Below, piece after piece: positions 49,861 through 61,724 of a stretch of 64,000 bases of DNA. Made by a program: the position numbers and the translations under genes. The stretch covers positions 41,354,001-41,418,000 of the forward strand of contig NC_082721.1 of the NCBI RefSeq assembly GCF_030144855.1, read 5' to 3'. Position 1 is the first letter of the stretch; the number at the start of each line of letters is the position of its first letter. The DNA is from Hypanus sabinus (taxonomy: Eukaryota). The notes under the pieces are model-generated. The model did no database searches, was not told the origin of the DNA, and saw only the letters and a list, made by a program, of their open reading frames with translations.

Positions 49861-51479
49861 TCAATTAGTGCAGGAAGGAATAAAAGGCTAAAAGATATTC
49901 GAGGAAGGTTTGCAGAAGTGACAATGAAACATAAACACCTTGAAAGAGCTAAGTAGACTTTTTGGTTCTGAAAATATAAACCACTTCATAATGCATAACT
50001 TGAAGCAATTTCCACTGAAGGGGGTATCAAGAACATGAGGATATATTGATAATTTAGGTGAGAAGTCAGGAAGCCTCACTCAATTTAGCAGCAACTGTTA
50101 GTAGGTTAATTACTGCCTGTTACACTCCTGGTAGCAATGAAGGTCCTCTGTCTTTGGCTGTTCTTCACCATCTTCTCCATTGTGCCCCAGCTGTCGTTCA
50201 GGGTCCTCAATTCTGCACCTATGCTACGGCGCCTACATGAAACCATTAGTGCAAGAGGACTGGAAATTTGAAAGGGGTTTGGCTGCACATGCAGATGATC
50301 TAAAATGGATGCATAATCAGCCATGATCTGATTAAACAGTGGAGCAGAGTTGAGGGACTGAATGTTCTGCTCCTGATCCTACTTCAAACTTGATATGAAG
50401 CCAGATGCAAGATATCCTCACTTGAAGATTTGGATATTTAATATTGAAATGTGGGTTCTAGCTCTCTGGAATGTTCTGCTGAGAAACAGAATCGAGACTG
50501 CTTCATTTCCCTGGTTCTGTATATTGATAAATTTCCAACAGCAGGAGTCTGACCAGCCTTTTTTTCGTATTATTATTAGATTTTAGCTAAAGTTATGGTG
50601 GGCATTTCGATGGTAATAAATGACCCTGGGCCAGAATGGCAAATGCTGAATCAGCCGGGTCATTTATCTCCCTGTCTACTCAGTGAATGGATGCGTGTCT
50701 TCACCTTGACCTCACGTGTAACCTGAAAGGAGAGAGCCTGCAAGCTGCATTTAATGATTTTTTATTCATGAGTTTCTGACTCATCCATTCAGCAGCTTTC
50801 ATTCTCTGATGGATTTTATTCAGAGGGACCAGTGTGCTCTGCATACGAGCTGACTGTCTCTTAATGGAAAAAATATCAGAAATTAAACCACACAATTAAA
50901 TTGCAGGATTTAGAAAAAAGAATAGTTTTGAAACACAGACCCCTTTCTGATCTCTGCTGCAGTATTATCTTTAGCCTGTGATCTCTATTGATCCTGACAC
51001 TAGTTTTTGCCCAATGGATCTTAATAAAGTTGCTTTGAATGGTAAGGACATTGTCATTTTGCTGCATCCTTTGTCTTTACACATTAAAAATTGCTGATTC
51101 AACATTTAAGGTGTCGGGATGGGTACCTGGTCTATTAAAGAGCTGAACTAACCAGTGAAGTTCTGCAGCTTGTAAACAAGCTGAGGTATTTTCTTTGAAA
51201 TGGAAAGATGTCCTTCCTCAGAAAGTGATTTTGGTTCTAAACTCCTGTTTGGACTATGACCTCTGACTGGGCTCCAGACTCTTGTACAGGGTCCAGGCCT
51301 CTGTTCAGGTACGAAGACCTTGCCCTGGTCTCCAAACCCCTGTTCACATTCCAAACTTTTCCACCAGCCACACTCGGTGCGAATATGTGCCCACAAACTG
51401 CAGTCTTCATCAATTTAATATCAAAAGAGCATCAAGTATGAATTCCGCCTTGGAGGAATTCAGACTCAAGTAATTAAAG

Positions 51480-51770
51480 ATTTTTTTAAATAGCTGGTTA
51501 GCCATGGTAAATGTTAAATGATAGATTATTGTAAAACCCATCTGGTTGACTAGTGTCCTTCAGGGAAGAAGATTCATCATCCCTTTCCATTCTGAGTCGA
51601 TATATGACTTCAGACCCACCCAGTGTGGTTGAATCTTAGCTACTGCTTGGTTCAGAGATGCATTACATTGTAGTGCTGATTGTAAACCTGATTTTGATTC
51701 TGACTGTGAACTAGAGATGGAGATTCAGCATCAGCGTTGTCAGTGATGGGATATACTACAAAGAATAAAC
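51480..51770 (+). mobile_element. Old elasmobranch-type SINE fragment
   Basis: GTAAAACCCATCTGGTTGACTAGTGTCCTTCAGGGAAG...TGACTTCAGACCCAC..TGTGGTTGAATCTTA; a related decayed copy lies near 23000-23230. Confidence 0.55.
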
Positions 51771-52446
51771 TAAAGTTTAAACTTCTAGCTTGGAAAACAT
51801 CCTCTAGATACCATGCTTTCTGCATGATACAGCTGACCTAATTGCAACTATACAATGGACAATGCCAATTTGCTTCCAAATTTTATCATATCTGTTTTAT
51901 TCCGGAGCACTGATTATTAATCAAATTTGCAGACTCAGAATTTTGCTTCACAAAGTGTTTAATCTTCTGGACTCAGTGCCCTGTACTGCTGAGCAACGTA
52001 ATGTGTATAGAATGTGGTGCAGTATCAGCAAAAAATGGTGTGCATACGCCCAGTGACATAGACCCTTACTCAAATTTACAATTACACTCAACACTAATCA
52101 AGGAAATGTGTGTCCTTCAAGTCCCAGCCCATTAGGAAGATAGTAGAATCTGCCAAAATTCCTTTCACTTTTCCATTTAAGAAAGCAAGAGACATCATTA
52201 GGGCTGGATCTCGTTCCTGGTCTCAGGCCAGCACTTGAGTGCTTGGGTTGTTCACTTCCACTCACCATAAATTTTGTAGCAATAAACCAGTGGATCAAGC
52301 TGAGTCTTTTGACAGGAACTTACTTGCTGAAATGCTCAGAGTTTTAACCTTGTATATTTTGTCTTCTATCTCTAGGCTTGAAGCGAATCCAATCTGAAGA
52401 CACACAGTTACACTGAAACTGGCTTTGACTTTCAGGCCAGTGTTAA

Positions 52447-52549
52447 ATGTCAGTGCCAAGGATGCTGTTACTTACTCACCTGATCATGCCAGCAGTTGTC
52501 TTCTTAACGGCTTTGCTGTCCTCAGTGTTGGCTGATACCACCATTGAAG
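52447..52549 (+). CDS. Putative first coding exon (signal peptide) of a secreted or type-I membrane protein; exon 52376-52549
   Basis: Acceptor ttttgtcttctatctctag|G at 52375/76. In-frame TAA immediately precedes the ATG at 52447. Peptide MSVPRMLLLTHLIMPAVVFLTALLSSVLADTTIE has n/h/c regions and a V-x-A cleavage site. Strong donor GAAG|gtaagc, phase 1. Unique, non-repeat sequence. Confidence 0.72.
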
Positions 52550-54859
52550 GTAAGCCTTTCTAACTTAGCCAGATTTGTGATGACTTTACTACAAATGATA
52601 GACCACATCACCAATGGTATTGATAAGCACACCGTCCATTGTTAGCATGATGAACCTGTTCATCATTTATTTTTTTCCAATTTCAGTTGAATATCATAAA
52701 TAACTCAAGGATCTGAGTTTCTTCCTGGTGTTAGAAGTATTAAATTGTACAGTGTAGAAGCAAGTCCTTCAGCCCACCTAGCCCATGCTGATGTTGATCC
52801 CTATCTATGCTAATCTAATGAGTCCACGTTAGGCTATAGTCCCCTATGCCTTTCTAATCCAAGTACATGACTGAATTTATCTTAAAATATTATAACTGTA
52901 TCTGCTTCCACCAGCTCCTCTGGCAGCTCACTCTCAGAGTTAAAAACTTACCCATCAGATATCCTTTAAATTTCTTCCCATTTCATCTTAACCCTTTGCG
53001 CTCATAATTTTATAAACATCCATGAAGTCACCCCCCCCACCCCCCCCCAGCCTATGTTCCGCTGTGAATAAACCCAGCCTCTCCAGTCTCTGCTTATGAT
53101 CACAGACCACAAAGCAAGATTGTGGTGAATCTTTTCTGTGCTCTCTCTAATGCTACTGTATCTAAGATCATCAAAGCTCCTCGCAATCCAGCTCATGCCA
53201 CTTTCTTGTGGCTACCATCAGATTAGAAGTGCAAAATCCTGGTCCCACACCACCAGGTTTGAGAACAACTACATTCCTTCAACCATTCAGTTCTTGTAAG
53301 TAATCTGCATAACATTATTTCAGTATTACAACATAATGACCACTTTGGCTACTTGGCATTACAATGGATATTTGTTTGATTTGTTTTTCTTTCTTGTTTA
53401 ATGTTGAATAATTTAAGGTTTTATTGTGAATGATGCTGATGCAAGGAAGCTTTACATTGTACTTGTGCATACAGTAAACTCAACTTTGACTTTGGTGTCC
53501 TATGTTTAGTGTAGTCTCTGGACCTGTACATAACTCTCTAAGTGCAGTCAATATTTTCTATAGCTGCTTGATATTTCTTATTTTTTCTCAATCTCCCTTG
53601 CTAATGGTACACATTCCAAACATAGGTCCTGTAGTTCCATCAGTGCTAATCCCCAGCATGTTGGCTTCCTGCTTTTCCTGTTGTTTATTTTTGTCAGCTT
53701 ACTTTAACCCTTCCACACCTGAGGAAGGTGAATACATGCTCTGCTCTCAGACTTCATCAAGTCCCACCCAGCTCTCCACCTGAGAAGAAGGAGCATTGTC
53801 CACAAACCACTCATCATCCAACGCAATGCATCAGCCGCATGGCCGACCTACCCATAGCAGATTACCCAGAAGCTTGTAGGTGGTCTGGGAGCAATACTTT
53901 AGTGCCATTTATTTTACAGAAACGATAAGTATTATGCACTTGTTTGCACATTTAAAATGTTTGAAGTATAAACTATTGAGAAACCTTCCGGGATATATTC
54001 AGCCAGTCCTTGGCAGGAAGGGTTCTGATGCTGGCACTAATACCTGATATATTAACTCTCCACAGATGCTGTCTGACCTCTCTTTATCTCTGATTTCCAA
54101 TATCTGCAGCAATTTTCTTTCCATTTCTCTAAGCAGTGACCTCTGTCTGCTTGGACTGCTGAACACCACCATTTCTGCAAAGTTAGAGCTCAACTTATAT
54201 CTGCTCATTGAGTTCTGTTGAGCTTCAGTCACCACCCTCACCTTCCCTACTGACGGTGGAGACTGTTGCTGGGGCCTAATTGCACTGACACCTTCAACTT
54301 TCTTGCTCTTCCCAATGCTGGACACATTAACTGTATATTTCACAGGCAAAACAATATTTGGATGAAATCAGCCTTAACTAAAATGTTTGTTTATTGAATC
54401 AGAAATAACTTAGGACAATCGATCAAACTGACTTTGACAGAAGAGATGAAACAGTTCCAGTGAATGATACTCTGGAATTTCTTTGTAAATTGCAACATTA
54501 TAGGTGTTGATCGGTGTCATTAGCACTTGCTCAGATTGGCTAACCTTTGTCACGTGTGCACACACATGCGTATTTGTGCAGAAACACACTCAGTCGCGCA
54601 CACACCTACACATACACACCTGTACACACATGTATGAAACCTATTTGGAAAATGTACTGATCATGCACACACCTGCAGCTCCTCAGATCCTGCACCATGA
54701 GGAGATCTTTGTGAGATCGTGGCAGATCACGAGGGCCCCTTGGGAATGCCACTCTTCAGCGAGATGTACTGAGGCCCCAACAAAAAAGCAGATTTGTGCA
54801 TTGCACTGGCACCACAGTATTCCCACTAATCTTCCTTTTAAAGCAGGGGCTCCCAGCCA

Positions 54860-55150
54860 ATAACAACCAAATTTTAAAAAAATACCTCAGCATTGCATCC
54901 TTGCTCTTATATTCTAGTCTTCTTGAAATGAATGCTAATATTGCATTTTCTTTCCCTACCACCAACTCAACCTGCAAGCTAACCTTTAGGGAATCCTGTG
55001 TGAGAACTCCCAAGCCCTTTCGTACCTCTAATTTTTGAATTTTCTCCTGATTTAGAAAATAGACTACACCTTTAGTCTGTCTACTAAAGTGCACAGATGT
55101 GCCTACACTTCGATACATGACAATCCATCAGCCACTTCCTTGCTATTCCA
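54860..55150 (-). mobile_element. CR1 LINE fragment
   Basis: LGVLTQDSLKVSLQVELVVGKENAILAFISRRLEYKSKDAMLR. Confidence 0.85.
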
Positions 55151-56184
55151 TAGACTTTAAGGGTGAATTTTGCAGCAGATAAAAATTCCAGAGCCACGGT
55201 GAAGTTGAAAGCTCAGTGATTGAGCAGGGGAGTAGGCACTATGTTAGTCATGTCCAAAATGCTCTTTGCCTTCTTTTCATTCAACCAATTACATTTGTTG
55301 TTGCCATGGCAGTAAAATAAAAGGTGCTGCTGTCACTGTTGATAAGCAATGCTATTTTATTGGGTGGAATCCTGAGGAATGCCAACATCCCAGTGTCCAA
55401 GGGGACTTGTTGCACATCTTTCAGGGGCTGTGAGTGATACAGCAGCTTGCATTCTGTGTGCCACAGAACATGGTTCTGGTTGTATTTTAGAAAACATCGC
55501 CTCGAGCTTTGCTTGATTACTCTTGGGAGCTGGAGGGGAGTTTCCAATTATTCCTAAATGACCACAAATTCTGCTTATGTGATTTATGGTTTTCCCAAGA
55601 CAGTATGTGGTTAAGGAATAGTTTAAGCGATGCTTGTAGTTGTACTGAGGTCTGCTGCATGAAGATGGCAAGCTAGATGGGGATGGTTATGTGTGCGTGT
55701 CATCGGTGTAACAGATAAAAGTCTGTATTCAGATCTGATGTGCAAGCTGTGGTAGGAAACATAATCGCACCAGTACCGCAGCCTTCTTTGTTCTGCTCTA
55801 TCTCTGATTGACAGTTTTGAGTGGTGCAATGGAGAAGCTCACTGGCTTCTGGCTTTAGGTCCAACCTTAACCGATAGAATGATGTTCGCTCTAACAGCTG
55901 GCACAGAAGCTTCAAGTTCAATAGGTTTGGTCAGTCCTTTACAGTTGATGTTCTATGGCACGGGGCTGACCTTGGTTGACCAACAAGAGTACATCCTACA
56001 CCTCTGCTCTGTCATTTGGTAAGATCATGTCTGATTCTCAACTCGTGTAAACTGTCCTTCATGCATTGATTCCTCAGTGTTCAAAAAAATCATGGATCCC
56101 ATCCTAGAATGTACCCATTCACTGAATAACCACATCTCCCTGAATTGGTGAAGGTTACAGAGCTTTGGATTAAATAGAGACAGA

Positions 56185-56330
56185 CGAACCTCCAAATGCT
56201 GGAGTAACACACAAAGCACTGGAGGAACTCAGCAGATATGTCTCAACCTGAAACATCAGCTGCCCATTTTCCTCCATAGCTGCTGCCTGACCCACTGAGT
56301 TCCTCCAGTGCTTAGTGTGGTGCTCTTGAT
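56185..56330. repeat. Palindromic mini-element built from two opposed Penelope termini
   Basis: Perfect 19-bp inverted repeat AAGCACTGGAGGAACTCAG (56214-32) / CTGAGTTCCTCCAGTGCTT (56295-313). Confidence 0.8.
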
Positions 56331-57519
56331 AATCCTGCTTCTCCTCACCTCAATCCTAATCCCCCTCAGAGGGTCCTCCTGGACAATGCAGTCCATTCTG
56401 AGGAAGCAGTGCTACCTTTTTTAATCTACTGTAGTAAACGGTGGTCGGGGTAGAAACTGGAAAAGTGTCGCCCTGGTACAGGAGAGGGAGCTTATTTCTA
56501 GAATAAGCCTAAGGGTTTAATGGTGAACCAGAGGAGAAGGAGATGTTGCTGGCTTTATCCCCTTGAGTAGGAATGTTAGTTTCCATCATGGAAAACCACT
56601 GGATAAAGTTGACAATATTCACTGAGCCTTAGATGTAAAGCCTCTGTCTCACTACACCTGAGAGCCAGTTTATCTCGTGTATATGGACTTTGTTTATTTT
56701 CTGTGAATCTGTGGGTTTCCTCTGAGTGTGACAGTTCCCTCCCACATGCCAAAGACGTGTGGGCCAGTAAATTAATCTGCTGCTGTAAATTGCCCTGGAA
56801 CGTGGTGACTCTTTGCAAACTGCTCTCGGCAGATCTACTCATTAGCAGATAGTGTGGAGGTGACTGGCAGAAACTGAGGAGAGTTAATAAGTAAAAAAGG
56901 ATTAAGATAGGATTAGTTTAAGTGGGCTGTTGATGGACTGCCCATCCCCTCCCCTGCTTCTGATTCTGGCTTCTGCCTCCTTCCTTTCCAGTACAGATGA
57001 AGTGTTTCTGCCTGAAATGTTCCCCTCCAGAGAAGCTGCCTAACCTGCAGACTTCCTCAGCATTTGGGAGACTCTCTTGTGGCATTTTATAGGAGTTGGA
57101 TAGGGTGATGGAAATCACGTCAGAGATGTTGTCTGTCTGTTGAAAAGTCACACATTTATTGTAAAGAGTCACCATATAATGTAGAAGGTGAAAGGTTAAG
57201 ATGCAAATAAGGATTCTGGAGCAGGGAAGAGGGTGGAGGTGAATTGTGTGTAAAATAAAAGCTGCCTTTGGTCACATGACTGACACACTCCTTGCTCATT
57301 TGGTTAATGGTGGCAAAGTGACAGTCCCTCACGGGTATTCTGACCCTCTCAGATGAGACACGTTCCAGGAGATGAATAAAACCTGCTCAATCCCATCACG
57401 CCTGTCTTGAGCGGTGGTATGCAGTGGGACTGAGGCCCCAGCTGAACATGAAGCTTCAAACAAGGTGGGTACTATCAGCCATGGAAATTCATGGAGCTTG
57501 CTTGAACGATGCGGTCCTG

Positions 57520-57855
57520 AGTGGTTCCGTCAACCAGAACGTCACAGCTGCTTCACAGCTTCGGCAATCAGGGTTCAATACTGCTGTCGGGTGCTCTCCA
57601 CGTACAGTCTGCTTGTTTTCCATGGATTTCCTCAGAGCGTTCTGCTTTCCCCGCACTCTCCAAAGACATGCCGAATGGTAGGTAAATTGGCCACTGTAAA
57701 ATGCACATAATGAATGGTAGAATCTAGGGGAGCCAGTGGGAATGTGGGGAGAATAAAATGGGGACAGTATAGGATATGTGTAGATAGGTGCTGGATGGCC
57801 AGCATGAACTAGATGGGCTGAAGGCTCCATTTCCATGCTGTGCGACTCCATGTAA
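57520..57855 (+). mobile_element. V-SINE (HE1-like)
   Basis: B box GGGTTCAATAC, CCAAAGACATG..GGTAGGTAAATTGGCCACTGTAAA and ATGGGCTGAAGG..TTTCCATGCTGT tail. Confidence 0.75.
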
Positions 57856-58484
57856 TTACCCACCCTTACCCCCACTTAGTTGAGCTGTCCTACTCTCCTT
57901 CCACAGGATTGCATCTTTGAACGCATCTTTCCAGTTGTTCTCTGAGAATTTGTGGAGCCACTCAGTCCATTGATTGATGAATTTCACAAGTCCAGGCATA
58001 CCAACTTTAGTTTGCCTTCATTGTTTTGCCTTTGTCTGCCAATGGAACGAGAGAGCGGAGAGTATAGAATGTCCATGTAAATACTACTGGAGCCATTAGA
58101 AGGGAAAAAATAAAGCAATGCAAAGGAAACTGGGGATGTGAGATGAGTATGTGATATGACAGTTGCATCTTTTTGTCATGCCCTATGTTGTTGAGGCCTC
58201 AGGTAGATAACTTCCCTCACACTGGGAATTAGAGGCAATAGCTTTGGTTCCTGTTGCACATCCCCCCAACCCACCTCACAAAACCATTGTCAAAATGTCT
58301 CTGTTATGACATTGGATTGCAGAACAGCAATCATACACTAAGTGTGTATTACACTGACATATTTGTTATATTTGCACCAAAAATGAAAGGGAAAGGGTTT
58401 ATTTTAATGCTATTTTGTAAACCAAAATATAGATTAATTCCAAATGAATTCCAGAATAAGAACAACGCTTGGAGGGACTGCTAA

Positions 58485-59480
58485 AACAGAATCCAAATCA
58501 GGTTTAATATCACCAGCATTCATCGTGAAATCTGTTGTCTTTGGAGCAGTGATACAAAGTGATATGTAATAATAAAGAAAAAAATTGTGAATTACAATAA
58601 GCACATATAATAAGTAGTGCAAGAATGAAAATTTAAGAAGTAGTGGGGTAGTGTTTATGGGTTCAGTGGTCATTTAGAATCCAGATGGCAGAGGGGAAGA
58701 AGCTGTTCCTTTCTGAAGTCCACAATCAATTCTTTGGTCTTACCGATGCTGAATGCAAGATTTTGCAGCAAAGCCACTCACCTACCTAGTATACCTCACT
58801 CCTGTATCCCCTCTCGACACTATCTGAGATTCTGCCAACAATGGGTATATCATCACCATGTTTATAGATGGCATTTGAGCCTTGCCTGGCCACACAGGCA
58901 TGGGTGTAGCAGGATAGAGCAGTGGGCTAAGCGTACACCCCAGAGGTGCACCTGCGGTGATTGTTCATGAGGTGGAGTTATTTTTTCTGATGCGCATCGA
59001 TCTTGGTCTTTTGGTTAGGAAGTTGAGGATCCAGTTGCACGGGGAGGTACAGAGGCCCAGATTTGGAGCTCTTCAATCAGAACTGTAGGAATTATTGTGC
59101 TTAACACTGAGCTGCAGTCAATAAACAGCATCCTGACATAGCTATTAGTGTTGTCCAGGTGATCCAAGGCTGCGTGAAGAGCCAATGAGATTGCATCCGC
59201 CATAGACCTATTGTGGCAATGGGCATATTGCAGTGGGTCCAGGTCTTGCCGAGACAGAAGTTTATTGTAGCCATAACCAACCTCTCAGAGCACTTCATTA
59301 CCGTTGATATGAGTGCTGTTGGACAATAGTCATTAAGGCAGCTCACCCTGCACTTCTTGGGCACTGGTGTAATTGTTGCCCTTTTGAAGTAGCTGAGAAC
59401 TTCCAACTGTAGTACTCAGAAGCTGATCACACCCACCAGTTAGTGAGCACTGGTTTTCAGAGCCCCACCAGGTACACTAA
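58485..59480 (-). mobile_element. Rex1/Babar LINE, internally deleted
   Basis: [33 protein letters not shown] and [28 protein letters not shown]. Confidence 0.88.
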
Positions 59481-60465
59481 ATGGGTTCTGCTTTCTTCAC
59501 AAATGGTCTGCTAGAAGAACGCAGTTCAAACAACATGAGTGTGTATGTGGGAGGGGTGGGTGGAAGGATAGGTCAATGTTTTGGGTCAAAATCCAGCATC
59601 CTATTCTTCTTCCACAGATACTGCTCAACCCATTGAGTCGCTGCAGTAGCTGATTTGTTGCTCCTGATTCCAGCATTTCCAATCTCTCACGTCTTTATTC
59701 AACAACTGGTTTGCTTGAGTAACTAATTAAGCAAAAGCCCATTCTTACCCATTATGCAGGGTATGTCCAAGGAACACCTGAAAAGTGACACCAGTGAGAA
59801 AGTGGAAAGTGGAGCAGCAAGCTGCTGGAAGAGCTCAGCAGGTCGAGCAGTGTCTCCGGGAGGAAGGGAGGCAGGGTTTCAATCTGAAACGTAGACAATT
59901 CCCTCTCTCGCGTAGATGCTGCTGAACACGCTGAATTTTAGCAGCAGGTTGTTTGTGAACAAGAAAATGCAGTCTGACACTGAAGCAAGACTCTCTACAG
60001 GAACAACCTGTGAAGTGCTCAGATCCACTGGCAGAGGAAAGCTTCTGTTCTGAGCACGGCGTGGGGACGACCAACCGTAATATTGTTTATGCAAGGGTTG
60101 TTTCATTGCCATATGGAAATTGGTTGAACTGAATGAACAAAGAAACCTAGTGAAATTGCTGCTTTATCCCTTATATAAAAGGTATCTTAATTTTTTTCTG
60201 TGACCTCTTCTAGTACGGAGGCAATATTTAATGTTCATCCCTAGTTTCCCTTGAGATGATGGTGGTGAGCTGCCTTCTCTGTAGTCTATGACCTGTCATA
60301 AAGTGAGCTGCAGAACTTAATTCCACACTGATATATTTCCTCATCACGATGGTGGGAGGGCTGGAGTTTGGCAGTATGTACCTGAAGTAGTTGCAAGCCA
60401 ATGGAGTCCTTGTCTTTTTGGATGTATTTTGATTCAAAAGTACACTTTATTCAAAATAAAGTGTA

Positions 60466-61724
60466 GACAATAGACAAGAGGTGCAGAAGTAGACCATTCG
60501 GCCCTTCGATCCTGCACCGCCATTCTGAGATCATGGCTGATCATCTACTATCAATATCCGATTCCTGCCTTGTCCCCATATCCCTTGATTCCCCTATCCA
60601 TAAGATACCTATCTAGCTCCTTCTTGAAAGCATCCAGAGAATTGGCCTCCGCTGCCTTCTGAAGCAGTGCATTCCAGACCCCCACAACTCTCTGGGAGAA
60701 GAAGTTTTTCCTTAACTCTGTTCTAAATGACCTACCCCTTATTCTTAAACCATGCCCTCTGGTACTGGACTCTCCCAGCATCTGGAACATATTTCCTGCC
60801 TCTATCTTGTCCAATCCCTTAATAATCTTATATGTTGCAATCAGATGCCCTCTCAATCTCCTTAATTCCAGCATGTACAAGCCCAGTCTCTCTAACCTCT
60901 CTGCGTAAGACAGTCCGGACATCCCAGGAATTAACCTCGTGAATCTACGCTGCACTTCCTCTACAGCCAGGATGTCCTTCCTTAACCCTGGAGACCAAAA
61001 TTGTACACAATACTCCAGGTGTGGTCTCACCTGGGCCCTGTACAAATGCAAAAGGATTTCCTTGCTTTTGTACTCAATTCCCTTTGTAATAAAGGCCAAC
61101 ATTCCATTAGCCTTCTTCACTGCATGCTGCACTTGCTCATTCACCTTCAGTGACTGATGAACAAGGACTCCTAGATCTCTTTGTATTTTTCCCTTACCTA
61201 ACTCTACACGGTTCAGATAATAATCTGCCTTCCTATTCTTACTCCCAAAGTGGATAACCTCACACTTATTCACATTAAACGTCATCTGCCAAGTATCTGC
61301 CCACTCACCCAGCCTATCCAAGTCACCCTGAATTCTCCTAACATCCTCATCACATGTCACACTGCCACCCAGCTTAGTATCATCAGCAAACTTGCTAATG
61401 TTATTCTCAATGCCTTCATCTAAATCGTTGATGTAAATCATAAACAGCTGTGGTCCCAATACCGAGCCCTGTGGCACCCCTCTAGTCACCACCTGCCATT
61501 CCGAGAAACACCCATTCACCGCTACCCTTTGCTTTCTATCTGCCAACCAGTTTTCTGTCCATGTCAATGTCTTCCCCCCAATGCTATGAGCTTTGATTTT
61601 ACCCACCAATCTTCTATGTGGGACTTTATCAAATGCCTTCTGAAAATCGAGGTACATTACATCCACTGGATCTCACTTGTCTAATTTCCTGGTTACATCC
61701 TCGAAAAACTCCAATAGATTAGTC
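60466..61724 (-). mobile_element. Young 5'-truncated CR1 LINE with 7-bp TSD
   Basis: AAGTGTA at 60459-65 and 61725-31; (TATTGTC)n-type tail; long open RT frame. Confidence 0.95.
60551..61666 (-). CDS. CR1 ORF2 reverse-transcriptase domain and C-terminus (371 aa, truncated; not a host gene)
   Basis: YLDFQKAFDKVPH, GVPQGSVLGP, KFADDTKL, HLEYCVQFWSP; one TGA just upstream (about 61673) in the same frame. Confidence 0.95.
   Translation of the reverse strand: MDVMYLDFQKAFDKVPHRRLVGKIKAHSIGGKTLTWTENWLADRKQRVAVNGCFSEWQVVTRGVPQGSVLGPQLFMIYINDLDEGIENNISKFADDTKLGGSVTCDEDVRRIQGDLDRLGEWADTWQMTFNVNKCEVIHFGSKNRKADYYLNRVELGKGKIQRDLGVLVHQSLKVNEQVQHAVKKANGMLAFITKGIEYKSKEILLHLYRAQVRPHLEYCVQFWSPGLRKDILAVEEVQRRFTRLIPGMSGLSYAERLERLGLYMLELRRLRGHLIATYKIIKGLDKIEAGNMFQMLGESSTRGHGLRIRGRSFRTELRKNFFSQRVVGVWNALLQKAAEANSLDAFKKELDRYLMDRGIKGYGDKAGIGY

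Noticed and set aside
52447-52549. Gene-name guesses for the signal exon (partial resemblance to DDR2 'PRMLL', BCAN 'LAD..EG', CNTN1 'LL..HL')
   Set aside because: Signal peptides are low-information and the matches are short and mutually inconsistent; no symbol is assigned.
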